A stretch of DNA of 62,873 bases, from positions 22,555-85,427 of the forward strand of contig JAMDDE010000003.1 of NCBI GenBank assembly GCA_023489235.1, read 5' to 3'. The position numbers and the translations under genes are program-made. The notes below the pieces were generated by a model, which ran no database searches, was not told the DNA's origin, and saw only the letters and a program-made list of their open reading frames with translations. Positions 9,745-20,238 of this stretch are shown here, piece after piece. Positions within the stretch are counted from its first letter, which is position 1. Each line of letters starts with the position of its first letter. Origin of the DNA: Actinomycetota bacterium (GTDB taxonomy: Bacteria; Actinomycetota; Acidimicrobiia; Acidimicrobiales; JAMDDE01).

Positions 9745-12096
9745 ATGACCAACCTCCTTGCCTCAGCCGGGGGGTACCAGGCGTTTATACTCAGTGGAGT
9801 TGACAAGGCCTGGCTGATCTTCGCGTTAGCTGCTGGTGCAGTGGGCTTGATAGTGGGCCTTATCCTCATGAAAGGGATACTGGCCTTTGATCAAGGGACC
9901 CAGACCATGCGAACGATCGCCCTGGCGATTCAAGAGGGAGCAGTAGCCTTTTTACGTCGTCAGTTCAAGACCATTCTGATTATTGTGGTTCCCTTGGCTA
10001 TATTGGTGTTCTTCACTGCTACTAAAGTGGTGGCACCACATGGGCGGATCGCGCTGACCTTTGCTCAGGTGGGTATATATAGAGTTATTGCCTTTCTCGC
10101 AGGAGCAGCTTCCTCAGGGATTACTGGCGTAGTGGGAATGAACTTGGCCGTTAGAGGTAATGTTCGCACTACGGCAGCAGCCCGGAGTGGCTCCATGAGA
10201 GATGCTTTGCGAGTTGCCTTCCGTACCGGAGGCATTACCGGAATGTTCTGTGTGGGGCTGGGGCTGCTTGGGGCTACGACAATAATGTTCATCTTCCAGA
10301 ACAGCGTGGCCGCGGTTCTGATTGGATTTGGTTTCGGAGCCTCTCTTCTCGCATTGTTCATGAGGATGGGAGGTGGCATTTTTACCAAGGCTGCCGACGT
10401 AGGTGCTGACTTAGTTGGCAAGGTTGAGGTAGGGATCCCTGAAGACGATCCGAGAAATGCTGCTACTATTGCCGACAACGTAGGCGATAATGTAGGCGAT
10501 TGCGCAGGAATGGCAGCTGACCTGTTCGAGTCCTACGAGATCACCATCATTGCGTCGCTCATACTTGGATATGCAGCATTCCGGTCAATCCATCTAAACC
10601 CTGCCCCAGCAGTTATCTATCCGCTCATTGTTCCGGCAATAGGCATACTGGCGTCTGTCATAGGAATTTATGTGGTGCGAGCACGAGATAAGGATCGCAC
10701 CGCCATGTCTGCCATCAACCGAGGCTTTGCTACGGCAGGTATATTGACGGTCATTGGAGCCCTCTTGGTGGCCGAATTCTACGTCCATGATCTCAAGGTT
10801 TTCTGGGCTGTATTGGCAGGGGTGATACTTGTTCAAGTGGCCAGTAGGATAACCGAACAGTTCACTTCTACAGAACGTTCACCTGTACGAGAGATTGCAG
10901 AAGCAGCCAGGACTGGCCCTGCTACTACTATTTTGTCGGGGATCAGCATAGGTCTGGAGTCTACCGTCTGGGCCATCATAGCTATAGCTATAGCTATAGC
11001 TGTTGCAGTAGGGCTAGGAGGAGGGAATATCGAGCTTTCCCTCTACCTTGTAGCACTCACCGGTATAGGAATGCTTTCCACGACCGGCATGGTGGTTTCC
11101 GAGGACAGCTTTGGTCCAGTTGCTGACAATGCAGCAGGAATAGCGGAGATGTCTGGAGAATTTGGTGGCCCGGCTGAAAGAGTTATGGTTGGGCTCGATG
11201 CAGTTGGTAATACTACTAAAGCGATCACCAAAGGAGTGGCTATAGGATCAGCAGTAATTGCTGCTGTAGCCCTGTTTGCTTCCTTTGTGGAAACCATAGG
11301 GTCGCAGCTCAACTTGCATGCTGTAGGTACCAAACTCTTCAATCTAGCTCAAACTCAGGTCAACCTAGCCAATCCAGTTATCTTCATAGGGCTGCTCATC
11401 GGGGGATCAGTACCTTTCTTGTTCTCCTCCCTGGCTATAAGGGCAGTGGGTAGGTCAGCAGGAACAGTCGTCCAAGAAGTGCGCAGGCAGTTTCGTGAGC
11501 ATCCTGGGATCATGGAAGGTACCGAGAAGCCGGAGTACGGTCGTGTAATCAGCATATGCACGGCTGCGGCTCAACGGGAGTTGGCTACCCCTGCTTTACT
11601 GGCCGTTTTGTCGCCTGTAATTGTGGGGTTCGGCATTGATTATCTGGCCCTTGGAGCCTTTCTTGCCGCGGCTATCCTCACAGGGCAGTTGATGGCGAAC
11701 TTCCTCTCCAATGGTGGAGGGGCATGGGACAATGCCAAGAAGTATATAGAAGATGGTCACGAGGGAGGCAAGGGGTCAGAGGCTCACAAGGCAGCGGTCA
11801 TAGGGGATACCGTTGGTGATCCGTTCAAAGACACGGCTGGTCCCGCTCTCAACCCATTGATCAAAGTGATGAACTTAGTGTCGCTGCTTATACTTCCTGC
11901 TGTAATCGTATTGCGCCACAATGATGCCGTCCGCTATCCAATTGCCATTGTCGCCTTGATCATTCTGCTTGGCGCGATAGCATTCTCCAAGAGGAAGACT
12001 CAGGGACTTGATGTTCCCGTGGAAGAAGTTGGTGGAGGAGTTGCTTCTGCAACTACGGGGGCTACTGCGATAGCTAAAGCGTCTGGAGCAGAATAG
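9745..12096 (+). CDS. hppA: Membrane ion-translocating pyrophosphatase, K+-independent type (probably H+-pumping)
   Basis: KAADVGADLVGKVE, DNVGDNVGD, GDTVGDPFKD; GNTTKA has Lys at the K+-determinant site; start 9736 or 9745. Confidence 0.93.
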   Translation: MTNLLASAGGYQAFILSGVDKAWLIFALAAGAVGLIVGLILMKGILAFDQGTQTMRTIALAIQEGAVAFLRRQFKTILIIVVPLAILVFFTATKVVAPHGRIALTFAQVGIYRVIAFLAGAASSGITGVVGMNLAVRGNVRTTAAARSGSMRDALRVAFRTGGITGMFCVGLGLLGATTIMFIFQNSVAAVLIGFGFGASLLALFMRMGGGIFTKAADVGADLVGKVEVGIPEDDPRNAATIADNVGDNVGDCAGMAADLFESYEITIIASLILGYAAFRSIHLNPAPAVIYPLIVPAIGILASVIGIYVVRARDKDRTAMSAINRGFATAGILTVIGALLVAEFYVHDLKVFWAVLAGVILVQVASRITEQFTSTERSPVREIAEAARTGPATTILSGISIGLESTVWAIIAIAIAIAVAVGLGGGNIELSLYLVALTGIGMLSTTGMVVSEDSFGPVADNAAGIAEMSGEFGGPAERVMVGLDAVGNTTKAITKGVAIGSAVIAAVALFASFVETIGSQLNLHAVGTKLFNLAQTQVNLANPVIFIGLLIGGSVPFLFSSLAIRAVGRSAGTVVQEVRRQFREHPGIMEGTEKPEYGRVISICTAAAQRELATPALLAVLSPVIVGFGIDYLALGAFLAAAILTGQLMANFLSNGGGAWDNAKKYIEDGHEGGKGSEAHKAAVIGDTVGDPFKDTAGPALNPLIKVMNLVSLLILPAVIVLRHNDAVRYPIAIVALIILLGAIAFSKRKTQGLDVPVEEVGGGVASATTGATAIAKASGAE

Positions 12097-12173
12097 CTCA
12101 TTGCGAGGTCACGCTCGAAGATCAGGTCATATCTTGCGTGGCCATAGTTGCAGGATGAGCTTTGGAGAGTAGG

Positions 12174-15068
12174 ATGCCAAAACCTGTAGTCATAGTGGAA
12201 TCTCCAGCAAAGGCAAGAACTATCTCAGGATTTTTGGGGGATGACTATGTTGTGGAGTCTTCTATAGGTCACATACGAGATTTGCCGCGGAATGCACAAG
12301 AAATACCCCAAGCGTACAGGAATGAGCCATGGGCGCGTCTTGGGGTTGATGTGGAGAGCGGCTTCAAACCCTTGTATGTAGTAGCTAAAGAGAAAAAGAC
12401 CCAGGTGAACAAGCTGAGAGCTCTTGTCAAGGAGGCAAGCGAAGTATACCTGGCGACAGACGAAGACCGCGAAGGTGAATCCATAGCCTGGCATCTCTTG
12501 GAGGTACTTGCTCCGAAGGTGCCGGTTAAACGCATGGTATTTCATGAGATAACGCCTACTGCCATTCAGCATGCTATAGAGAATTGGCGAGATCTCGACA
12601 GGCGCCTTGTTGATGCCCAAGAGGCCAGGAGAATACTGGACAGGCTTTATGGATACGAGTTATCGCCTGTACTGTGGAAGAAAGTCATGCCCAGACTCTC
12701 TGCTGGGAGGGTGCAGAGCGTGGCAACTCGCATGCTGGTCGAGCGGGAGCGTGCACGGATGCACTTCCGTTCTGCAACTTGGTGGAGTATCCAATGTCGT
12801 CTATCGACAGGAGGCTCTTCCACTCCTTCCGCTGTCTTGACGGAGACGCCAGTCAAACCTCCAGCAGTTGCATCCGATGGTCCTTCTAGCTCTCGGGAAC
12901 TGGATGCTGTTGACTCCGAAGACCCCCCTTCTTTCGTAGCTACAGTTGTTTCAGTTGAGGGCAGGAAAGTGGCCACAGGTAAAGATTTTTCCGATACCGG
13001 CGAGCTGAAAACCTCAGAAGGCCTGTTGCTCTTGGACCAGGTACTGTCTAGAGAAATTGTCGCCAAGCTGGAAAGAGCCAGTTTCGAAGTGTTACAGGTG
13101 ACAGAGAAGCCATACAAGAAAAGTCCTCCACCGCCGTTCATGACCTCTACGCTCCAACAAGAGGCAGGCCGCAAGCTGCGGTTCAGCGCTTCACGTACCA
13201 TGCAGGTAGCTCAACGACTTTATGAATTGGGTTATATAACCTATATGCGTACAGATTCAACCGCACTAGCAGACACTGCAGTTGAAGCATGTAGAAGAGA
13301 GATTCTTCAAGGATTTGGCCAGGAATACCTGCCTGCCTCCCCTCGACGCTATAAGAGCAAGGTCAAAAATGCTCAAGAAGCTCATGAAGCAATACGACCG
13401 GCTGGAGAAGAGTTTAGGTCGCCTGCTTCGGTAAGAGGATCCTTGAGCAATGACGAATACAAACTGTACGAGCTCATCTGGCAGCGCACTGTAGCTTCTC
13501 AAATGGCAGATGCCGTCGGCACCACCGCACAAGTGAGGATCAAGGCTGAACTTGATAGTTCCGATCGTTCAAATCCTCCTCACCATGGTTCTATACCCTA
13601 TGCAGAGCTAACCGCTTCTGGCAGGGTTGTCACTTTCCCAGGTTTCCTGAAGGCCTACCTTGTCTCCGAGGACAACACCGAGGATGATCAACCAGAGGAA
13701 CTCTCTCGTCTTCCCCGTTTGTCATCCGGGCAGCTGCTCGAGTTGGTCGATGCTCAACCTGAAGAGCACAGTACTCAACCACCACCTAGGTACACCGAAG
13801 CTTCGTTGGTGAAAGCACTCGAAGAGATGGGGGTAGGAAGACCCTCTACTTATGCAAGTATTATCGCTACTATTCAAGAGCGAGGCTATGTATGGAAAAA
13901 AGGGATGGCCCTTGTCCCTTCCTTTACAGCCTTTGCTGTCGTCGGCCTTCTGGAGCAGTACTTCCCTGAATTGGTCGACTATGGCTTCACTGCAAGCATG
14001 GAAGATGATCTTGACGAGATCGCTAGAGGGCGCAGGGAGATGGTGCCCTGGTTGGAGGCATTCTACTTTGGTGAGGAGCACCCACCCTCCACCTCACAAG
14101 AACATGATGGCGTCAGATACAAGGAAGCTGGAGATGGCAGCGCCAGGCGTATTTCGACTAAAGCTGGCTTGAAGACTGCTGTAGCAGAGCAGCTAGCCCT
14201 CATAGACGCACGTGATATCAACTCCATTCCTATCGGTACCGACAAGAATGGAGTTGATATCGTGGTCCGGGTTGGCCGATATGGCCCTTATCTCCAGAGA
14301 GGAGATGATCGCGCCCCTATACCGGATAACATATGTCCGGATGAGCTCACCGTTGAAGTTGCAGAGAGACTGCTGGACACCCCTTCCGAGGACAGAGTAT
14401 TAGGAACGGATCCAGCCACAGGTGAACTGGTTACCGTCAAGGCAGGACGGTTTGGTCCCTATGTTCAGCTTGGTGAAGGGGACCCAAGCAAGAAGAGCAA
14501 GCCCCGCACTGCTTCATTGCTCAAATCTATGAGCATGGAGAGCGTCACCTTGGAACAAGCGCTCTCCCTATTGGCTTTGCCAAGAGTATTAGGAACGGAT
14601 CCAGTCACAGGTGAAGAAATACTAGCAGCGAATGGAAGATTTGGTCCTTATCTCAAGAGGGGCAAGGAAACCCGTAGTCTTGATAGCGAGGAGGCTATCT
14701 TGACTATTGACCTGGATACAGCTATTCAGCTGTTTGCTCAGCCTAAATCAAGGTTAAATGCTCGAAGAAGCCAAGAACCATTGAAAGAGCTTGGTCCTGA
14801 TCCAGAGACGGGCATTACCATACTTTTAAAGGATGGGCGTTTTGGGCCGTACGTCACCGATGGGATAGTCAATGCCTCACTCCGTCGAGGCGATACAGTG
14901 GAGTCGTTAACCGCTGAGCGTGCCGCAGAGCTTCTAGCTGAGCGCCGTGCAGCCATTGCTCTCTCGCCTGATCGGTCTAGCAAGTCATCCAAGACTACTA
15001 AGGCTGCCAAGTCTACGAGTGCCAAGTCCAAGGCTGCTAAGTCCACAAGCCCCAAGTCCACGAGCTGA
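12174..15068 (+). CDS. topA: DNA topoisomerase I, actinobacterial type with C-terminal repeats and Lys-rich tail
   Basis: IVESPAKA, ATDEDREGE, SAGRVQS, ITYMRTDS, four GR(F/Y)GPY repeats. Confidence 0.97.
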   Translation: MPKPVVIVESPAKARTISGFLGDDYVVESSIGHIRDLPRNAQEIPQAYRNEPWARLGVDVESGFKPLYVVAKEKKTQVNKLRALVKEASEVYLATDEDREGESIAWHLLEVLAPKVPVKRMVFHEITPTAIQHAIENWRDLDRRLVDAQEARRILDRLYGYELSPVLWKKVMPRLSAGRVQSVATRMLVERERARMHFRSATWWSIQCRLSTGGSSTPSAVLTETPVKPPAVASDGPSSSRELDAVDSEDPPSFVATVVSVEGRKVATGKDFSDTGELKTSEGLLLLDQVLSREIVAKLERASFEVLQVTEKPYKKSPPPPFMTSTLQQEAGRKLRFSASRTMQVAQRLYELGYITYMRTDSTALADTAVEACRREILQGFGQEYLPASPRRYKSKVKNAQEAHEAIRPAGEEFRSPASVRGSLSNDEYKLYELIWQRTVASQMADAVGTTAQVRIKAELDSSDRSNPPHHGSIPYAELTASGRVVTFPGFLKAYLVSEDNTEDDQPEELSRLPRLSSGQLLELVDAQPEEHSTQPPPRYTEASLVKALEEMGVGRPSTYASIIATIQERGYVWKKGMALVPSFTAFAVVGLLEQYFPELVDYGFTASMEDDLDEIARGRREMVPWLEAFYFGEEHPPSTSQEHDGVRYKEAGDGSARRISTKAGLKTAVAEQLALIDARDINSIPIGTDKNGVDIVVRVGRYGPYLQRGDDRAPIPDNICPDELTVEVAERLLDTPSEDRVLGTDPATGELVTVKAGRFGPYVQLGEGDPSKKSKPRTASLLKSMSMESVTLEQALSLLALPRVLGTDPVTGEEILAANGRFGPYLKRGKETRSLDSEEAILTIDLDTAIQLFAQPKSRLNARRSQEPLKELGPDPETGITILLKDGRFGPYVTDGIVNASLRRGDTVESLTAERAAELLAERRAAIALSPDRSSKSSKTTKAAKSTSAKSKAAKSTSPKSTS

Positions 15069-15070
15069 GC

Positions 15071-15676
15071 ATGCTGCCAGGGAGGTTGATTGCCGTAGAG
15101 GGGGGAGAGGGATGCGGCAAGTCGACTCAGGCAAAGCTGTTGGCTCATGAGTTGAAGGCAGTGCTTTCCAGGGAACCAGGAGGGACTTCCGTAGGAGAAC
15201 GCATCAGGGGAATTCTTCTTGACAAAGCAAGTATCGAGTTGGTTCCACGCACTGAGCTACTCTTGTTACTGGCAGCAAGAGCTCAGCATGTAAATGAGGT
15301 CGTCTTGCCCGCGCTAAGAGCTGGGCGCTCGGTAGTCGTAGATAGGTTCAGTGGATCTACCCTTGCTTATCAAGGGTATGGTCGAGGCTTACCCTTGGAA
15401 GAGGTACGTTATATGGCAGAGTGGGCTGCCCATGGGCTCTGGCCCGATCTAAATATCCTCTTGGATGTGCCAGCGGATATTGCACATGCAAGGATGGGTG
15501 GTGATCTCGATCGCATGGAGGCACTGGGGGAAGAATTTCATCGGCGCGTACTCGATGGTTACCGTCGGCTGGCTCTGATGGACCCTGATAGGTGGGTAGT
15601 GATTGACGGCAGTGGGAGCGTTCAGGAAGTTGCCTCCTTGGTTAGGGATGCGGTGAAGGAGCGACTCTCCTTATGA
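15071..15676 (+). CDS. tmk: Thymidylate kinase
   Basis: EGGEGCGKST, REPGGT, DRFSGSTLAYQG. Confidence 0.95.
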   Translation: MLPGRLIAVEGGEGCGKSTQAKLLAHELKAVLSREPGGTSVGERIRGILLDKASIELVPRTELLLLLAARAQHVNEVVLPALRAGRSVVVDRFSGSTLAYQGYGRGLPLEEVRYMAEWAAHGLWPDLNILLDVPADIAHARMGGDLDRMEALGEEFHRRVLDGYRRLALMDPDRWVVIDGSGSVQEVASLVRDAVKERLSL

Positions 15677-15725
15677 ACCTCAGCAGTAAAACCCATTGTG
15701 CAGTACATGGATAGAGGTGCAGCTA

Positions 15726-16772
15726 ATGGGTGTCTTCGACCAGATAGTAGGTCAACACAGGGCCGTGGATATCTTGCAGGCATCTGCAAGGTCTCCTGTG
15801 CATGCGTACATGTTGTTAGGCCCTCCAGGGAGTGGAAAGCGAGATGCTGCAAGAGCATTTGCAGCTGCTCTGCTTTGCAGCCAAGGTGGTTGTGGCACTT
15901 GTGATGACTGCCGAGCTGCCTTAGCGGAAAACCACGTAGATCTGAGCGTTCATCGGAGAACCGGACAGTTCATCAGCGTGGAGGATGCTCGTGCCATTGG
16001 TCGAATTGGTGCTCGAAGACCAGTAAAGGGACTTCGGCAGGTAGTGGTTGTAGAAGATGTTCATCTGGCTGCTGCTGCAGCTCCAGCTCTTTTGAAATCC
16101 GTGGAAGAACCACCTGCTCGTACCGTCTATGTGCTGTTGGCCGACTGGTTGCCCTCACAGCTTGCTCCTCTCGCAAGTCGCTGCGTTATAGTTGAGTTCA
16201 CTCCTATACCAGAGGACGAGATGATCGATATCCTGGTTTCTCGAGGAGTGGATGGTTCATTGGCACGAGATATTGCCAAAGTTGCAGGTGGACGTTTGGA
16301 TCGAGCAGAGCTTTTAGTTGACGATCCTTCGTTCAGCTTGCGCTATCAGCTGTGGAGGTCAATTCCAGATCGCTTGGATGGTAGCGGTGCAACTATAGTG
16401 GGCTTGGCACGTGAGCTGCTGGATGCATGTGACCAGGCCATAGCCGTATTGAAAGCTCACCAAGCTGAAGAGATGACCAAGGCTCTGGAGAGGGCCGAGC
16501 AAATGGGAGCCTCTATTTCTGCAGCTACCAAGGAGATAGAGGATCGTCACCATCGTGAACAGCGTAAATGGCGAAATGATGAACTTCGCTTTGGTCTAGG
16601 AGTCTTGGCGGAGACATACGCCAACAGTCTGCGTACAATGGCTCATGCAAGATCAGGAAGAGTGCTGCAAGTCATAGAAGCGATCGATCAAGCCTCTCGT
16701 GCCTTGGTTCGTAATCCCAATGAGTCTTTGTTGTTGGAAGCTCTACTGGCACAGCTTACCCTGATCTCGTAG
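15726..16772 (+). CDS. holB: DNA polymerase III subunit delta'
   Basis: HAYMLLGPPGSGK, Zn motif C-x3-GCGTCDDC, LKSVEEP, SRC; follows tmk. Confidence 0.9.
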   Translation: MGVFDQIVGQHRAVDILQASARSPVHAYMLLGPPGSGKRDAARAFAAALLCSQGGCGTCDDCRAALAENHVDLSVHRRTGQFISVEDARAIGRIGARRPVKGLRQVVVVEDVHLAAAAAPALLKSVEEPPARTVYVLLADWLPSQLAPLASRCVIVEFTPIPEDEMIDILVSRGVDGSLARDIAKVAGGRLDRAELLVDDPSFSLRYQLWRSIPDRLDGSGATIVGLARELLDACDQAIAVLKAHQAEEMTKALERAEQMGASISAATKEIEDRHHREQRKWRNDELRFGLGVLAETYANSLRTMAHARSGRVLQVIEAIDQASRALVRNPNESLLLEALLAQLTLIS

Positions 16773-16836
16773 GATATTTTATGTCAGCTGGTTGGTGAGT
16801 TGATGGTTTGTGACCAAGTAAGTACTGTTTCAAGCT

Positions 16837-16866
16837 ATTCAGTGACACAACATTCAGTGGCACAAC
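16837..16866. repeat. 15-bp tandem duplication upstream of tRNA-Thr
   Basis: ATTCAGTGACACAAC / ATTCAGTGGCACAAC. Confidence 0.8.
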
Positions 16867-16881
16867 GGTTTAAGAGTTCTT

Positions 16882-16954
16882 GCCCGGGTAGCTCAGACGG
16901 CAGAGCAGCTCACTCGTAATGAGCAGGTCAAGGGTTCAAGTCCCTTCCCGGGCT
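16882..16954 (+). tRNA. tRNA-Thr(CGT), CCA not encoded
   Basis: GCCCGGG/CCCGGGC acceptor stem, GCTCA-CTCGTAA-TGAGC anticodon arm, GGTTCAAGTCC. Confidence 0.96.
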
Positions 16955-16974
16955 CTTCCCAGGTCGTGACCACA

Positions 16975-16995
16975 ATCCGCATCATGAATGCGGAT
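16975..16995. terminator. Hairpin between tRNA-Thr and convergent gene
   Basis: ATCCGCAT/ATGCGGAT inverted repeat. Confidence 0.5.
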
Positions 16996-18560
16996 CAAGA
17001 GCGCTCCAATATCGCATCTATGAGGTAGGGGCGTTGTTCAGCCATGGCTTTTTTGAGTTGGACTACGAACTCTTCTGCCGTGGTAGCTCTACCGGCTTCT
17101 ACTCCCAGCCCGTTAGCAATTGATACGAAATCGAGGTCGGGTGGAGACAGCTCCAACAAGTGATTGGCTATTGGCCCTGGACTTCCCCCGCCAAGTCGTG
17201 CAAGTTCGAATTTCAGGATTGCATATGAACGATTGTTCAATATAACCGTAACGACATCCAGCCCCTCTCTGGCCTGTGTCCACAGCGATTGGATGGTGTA
17301 CATAGCACTGCCGTCGGACTCCAGGCATAGCACCTTTCTATCAGGGCAGGCTACGCTTGCTCCTGTAGCCAGGGGAAGACCTTGCCCTATAGCACCGCCG
17401 GTCAAGCATAACCAGTCATGACGTGGCGCTCCAGCAGTGGCTTGGTAGACGAAGATGCCGCTAGTATTACCTTCGTCCGAGACGATCGCTCCTTCAGGGA
17501 GCAAAGCTCCGATAGCTTGAGCGACGGTTTCAGGAGTCAGCCTTCCAGTAGGTAGATCCATGTTGGAAGGTGGTTGCAAGGTTGCCGTAGCAGGATCTAG
17601 CCCTAAGGTCTCGGATATGGCCTCCAAGGCACCAGCCGGGTCTTCGTCAGCAGTGGCAAGAGTATGAACCGTACATCCTTCTGGAACCAAGTAGCTTGGC
17701 TTGTCCGGATAAGCGAAAAAAGATACTGGTGCTTTGGCTCCTACCAAGATGAGATGTCGAGTGCCGTCCAGCTGGGACATTGCTAGTTCACCTAGGTAAG
17801 CAAGACGTTCAAGAGCAGGAAGTCCTGTTCCCCGTTGTTGTTTGGCAGGTAGCATCTCACATAGGATTTTTGCTTTGAAGGAGTTGGCTATCCTGCTTGC
17901 TGCCAACAACCCTTTTTCCTCCAGGGCAGGACCACCAAGCAGCAGAGTGCAACTTTCACCAGATCTCAAGGCTTTGATGGTCTCCTCTAGTGCGTTCTCT
18001 TCCCACGCTGGTTTGACTTGGGTGGGGTTGTGCTCGATGGACGGTACTGTGGTTCCCGGGTGGTCTGTCCAAGTCAGGTCGGCTGACACTACCAAGGTTG
18101 CTACTCGTCCAGGGGCGCGAAGAGTGGCATTGTAAGCGGACATGGCATCCTCTACCAGATCCTCGGTTCGAAGAGACCTATGGAACCAGTTGGACACTGG
18201 TTTGGCCAAGCTGTCAATGTCCGTTTCCAACGGAGAATCATAGGGCTTGTGGTAGGTGGCATGGTCTCCTATAACGCATAGGAGAGGGGTACGAGCGCGA
18301 CGAGCGTTATGGAGATTAGCTATTCCATTGGCTAATCCAGGACCAAGATGTAGTACAACCAAGGCTGGTTTCTTGGTCATGCGTCCGTAACCATCTGCAG
18401 CACCAGTTGCTACACCTTCGAACAGTGCAAGGATCGGTCTTACTGTTGGTACTCGGTCAAAAGCCTGGACAAGGTAGATCTCTGAGGTGCCGGGATTGGT
18501 GAAGCACGTATCTACTCCGCAAGCAGTTAAAGCTCTTAATATGGATTCACCACCCCTCAT
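16995..18560 (-). CDS. ThDP-dependent enzyme (acetolactate synthase large subunit-like / decarboxylase)
   Basis: FTNPGTSE, GAADGYGR, ESDGSAMY...NN ThDP motif; start refined to ATG 18560. Confidence 0.88.
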   Translation of the reverse strand: MRGGESILRALTACGVDTCFTNPGTSEIYLVQAFDRVPTVRPILALFEGVATGAADGYGRMTKKPALVVLHLGPGLANGIANLHNARRARTPLLCVIGDHATYHKPYDSPLETDIDSLAKPVSNWFHRSLRTEDLVEDAMSAYNATLRAPGRVATLVVSADLTWTDHPGTTVPSIEHNPTQVKPAWEENALEETIKALRSGESCTLLLGGPALEEKGLLAASRIANSFKAKILCEMLPAKQQRGTGLPALERLAYLGELAMSQLDGTRHLILVGAKAPVSFFAYPDKPSYLVPEGCTVHTLATADEDPAGALEAISETLGLDPATATLQPPSNMDLPTGRLTPETVAQAIGALLPEGAIVSDEGNTSGIFVYQATAGAPRHDWLCLTGGAIGQGLPLATGASVACPDRKVLCLESDGSAMYTIQSLWTQAREGLDVVTVILNNRSYAILKFELARLGGGSPGPIANHLLELSPPDLDFVSIANGLGVEAGRATTAEEFVVQLKKAMAEQRPYLIDAILERS

Positions 18561-19977
18561 CGGACTGCTCCTTTGACTCGTCGTTCGTTCTTCCTGTTTC
18601 GTCTGGATCGAATATAACGCCAGGATTAAGGATGCCTTTGGGGTCGAACGCATCCTTTATCCTTCTCATCAAGGCTATCTTTACTGGATCCTCTAATGCC
18701 AGGAAGTACGCTTTTTTCTCTTTCCCAATGCCATGCTCTGCGGATATGGCACCACCAAGACGGATGCCTACACGAAAAGCAGCTTGGACGAGCTCATGCC
18801 TTTTGGTGACGTCCTCGAGGAATACAGACAGGTGGATATTGCCATCGCCGGCATGACCACATCCAGCTATCATTGCTCCTGATTCTCGAGCTAGTTGGGC
18901 TAGCTCTTCTATGTAAACGGGTATCGATGCTCGTGGCACCACTGCATCCATTATCTCCTGTGCCCCAAATGCCTTGGCCACGAAGAAAGCACTTTCGCGA
19001 GCCTCAATCAGTGAAGTAGCTGCTTTCTTGGGAAGTACGAACACGTCCATTGCCCCTAACCGGTCTAGTAGTTCAGCGAGAGCCTCTCCGTCTTCATCGA
19101 GGCGGGTAGAAGAGTTGCCTTCGAGGACGATGATCAGGTAGGCAAGGGCTTGTTGTTTGATCTCATCGGTTAGTCCTAGGTCCAACCCTACGCGTTCGGT
19201 AGTGGCTCTCATGGTCAGGTTGTCTATGTATTCAAGCAGCAGGGGGTCGACGCCAGTGGCGATGATGCTGGGCACTGCATTGGTGGCCTCCGATAACGTT
19301 TTGAAGGGAGCAAGCAAGGTATGAGAGTAAACAGGCCGTGGCTGCAAGGCAAGTGTTGCTTCAGTTACCAAGGCCAGAGTCCCTTCTGAGCCGATGATGA
19401 GCTGAGTGAGGTCATACCCGGAGGTGGCCTTGGTGAACTTTCCCCCTGTGACAATTATCTCTCCTGTCGACAGACAAGCTCTTAGTCCCAGCACGTTGTG
19501 GCGAGTCACCCCATACTTAATGGCACGCATCCCACCTGCATTGGTGGCTATGTTTCCTCCAATGGTTGCACCAAGCTCACCAGGGAATACCGGATAGGTT
19601 AATCCAACCTCAGCAGTGGCTTTGTCAAGCTCTGCAAGAGTTACTCCTGGCTGCACTACCGCTACATGATTAGGAATGTCGATCTCGACAATCTTGTTCA
19701 TGCGCTCGAAACTGATCAATACTCCGTTGGGTGGAGGCACAGATGCTCCAGAGAGTCCCGTTCCACTACCACGGGCAGTGATAGGGATGGAGTGCTCGTT
19801 GCAGAATGCCAACAAGGCTGACACCTCGGTTTCTTGAGTGGGGAATGCGACTACGGCTGGTTCGGAAGGGGGAATGCCCAGGGCTTCGTCGTGATAGTAG
19901 TCAGAGCTTACTGAATCGCCAGGAAGTATATTGTCCTTGCCTAGTATGCCTGCTAGAGAGTTGAACAACTTGTTCAT
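18547..19977 (-). CDS. FAD-linked oxidase, GlcD/D-lactate dehydrogenase family
   Basis: RGSGTGLSG, GGNIATNAGG, GSEGTL, GHAGDGNIH, EHGIG. Confidence 0.9.
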   Translation of the reverse strand: MNKLFNSLAGILGKDNILPGDSVSSDYYHDEALGIPPSEPAVVAFPTQETEVSALLAFCNEHSIPITARGSGTGLSGASVPPPNGVLISFERMNKIVEIDIPNHVAVVQPGVTLAELDKATAEVGLTYPVFPGELGATIGGNIATNAGGMRAIKYGVTRHNVLGLRACLSTGEIIVTGGKFTKATSGYDLTQLIIGSEGTLALVTEATLALQPRPVYSHTLLAPFKTLSEATNAVPSIIATGVDPLLLEYIDNLTMRATTERVGLDLGLTDEIKQQALAYLIIVLEGNSSTRLDEDGEALAELLDRLGAMDVFVLPKKAATSLIEARESAFFVAKAFGAQEIMDAVVPRASIPVYIEELAQLARESGAMIAGCGHAGDGNIHLSVFLEDVTKRHELVQAAFRVGIRLGGAISAEHGIGKEKKAYFLALEDPVKIALMRRIKDAFDPKGILNPGVIFDPDETGRTNDESKEQSDEGW

Positions 19978-20014
19978 TTACTAGTTCTACCTCTTTGTGG
20001 AGGAGAAGACTAGG

Positions 20015-20118
20015 CCTTTCCTGCTCCAGCAGGGTGGGACAGTAGTTCACCTCCCATTCCTCCATCTTCAGACCATCCTCCCCGACCTTTCCTGCTCCAG
20101 CAGGATGGGACGTAGTTC
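20015..20118. repeat. Two 33-34 bp palindromic direct repeats separated by 37 bp
   Basis: CCTTTCCTGCTCCAGCAGG(G/A)TGGGAC(A)GTAGTTC at 20015-20048 and 20086-20118. Confidence 0.8.
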
Positions 20119-20238
20119 TGGACTAGGTCTGGAGTGGTTCGAGAAGAGATGACCGAGTTCTCCTTGGCCAGGTTGTGGTGGTTCAGGTGGACAATGAAGG
20201 TTCATACACAGAAGGCAAGCTCATCAACAAATTTTTTA

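Noticed and set aside
20015-20118. Bona fide CRISPR array
   Set aside because: Only two non-identical repeats, low-complexity spacer, no cas genes
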